DNA of 20,705 bases from positions 1 through 20,705 of the forward strand of contig NW_021823877.1 in NCBI RefSeq assembly GCF_006345805.1, written 5' to 3'. Below the pieces are notes generated by a model, which was given only the letters and a program-made list of their open reading frames with translations, had not been told where the DNA came from and did no database searches. This stretch comes from Octopus sinensis. Its lineage: Eukaryota. Position numbers and translations under genes: made by a program. Below, in pieces: positions 20,471 through 20,705 of this stretch (position 1 is its first letter; each line of letters starts with the position of its first letter).

Positions 20471-20705
20471 AGCCGATGTGGTCACATGCCAATTCATACA
20501 TACCGGTCAATATATAAACACAAAAACCGGGAAAATTCAACAAACGCGAATATGAACTGCAAAAGCAGAAATTTAATTTACTGCATCAAATGCCCAAATG
20601 TGAAGAAAATATGTAGGTCAGACGGGAAACGCACTATTAGAACGCTCACGTGTACACCGGCAACAGATTAGAGACCCAGAGGTCCGTCAGATACCTTTGA
20701 GTAAC
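20470..20705 (+). pseudogene. Penelope-like element GIY-YIG endonuclease fragment, running off the window
   Basis: TCQFIHTGQYINTKTGK / NANMNCKSRNLIYCIKCPN / YVGQTGNALLERSRVHRQQIRDPEVRQIPLSN with frameshifts; LIY...YVG motif with the CxC linker typical of PLE endonucleases. Confidence 0.88.

Overview
AT-rich, microsatellite-saturated animal DNA, most likely intronic or intergenic. An octopus/cephalopod origin is inferred from my recall of the SINE families and was not checked. I recognise no intact host gene, and almost every ORF in the supplied track is a by-product of simple repeats. The window is a layered transposon graveyard. It holds: a LINE RT relic; a Tc1/mariner deletion derivative with a telomere-repeat-bearing MITE inside; tRNA-derived SINEs of four families, one as a five-body concatemer inside a single TSD; a 3.3-kb decayed hAT transposase (absent from the ORF track as a unit) interrupted by three SINEs and a Helitron; a 1.7-kb 18-bp minisatellite; a decayed mariner; two hAT MITEs; and a Penelope GIY-YIG fragment at the right edge. 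The best candidate for an undescribed system is 14412-14810, a 362-bp unit with a 37-bp terminal redundancy, many hairpins and a minimal hammerhead ribozyme with a compensated U3-A8 core, which looks like a retrozyme or circular-RNA retroelement. The second is the fixed-junction SINE concatemer at 3890-4848. All coordinates and alignments were read by eye, and protein-family calls rest on motif recall rather than database searches.
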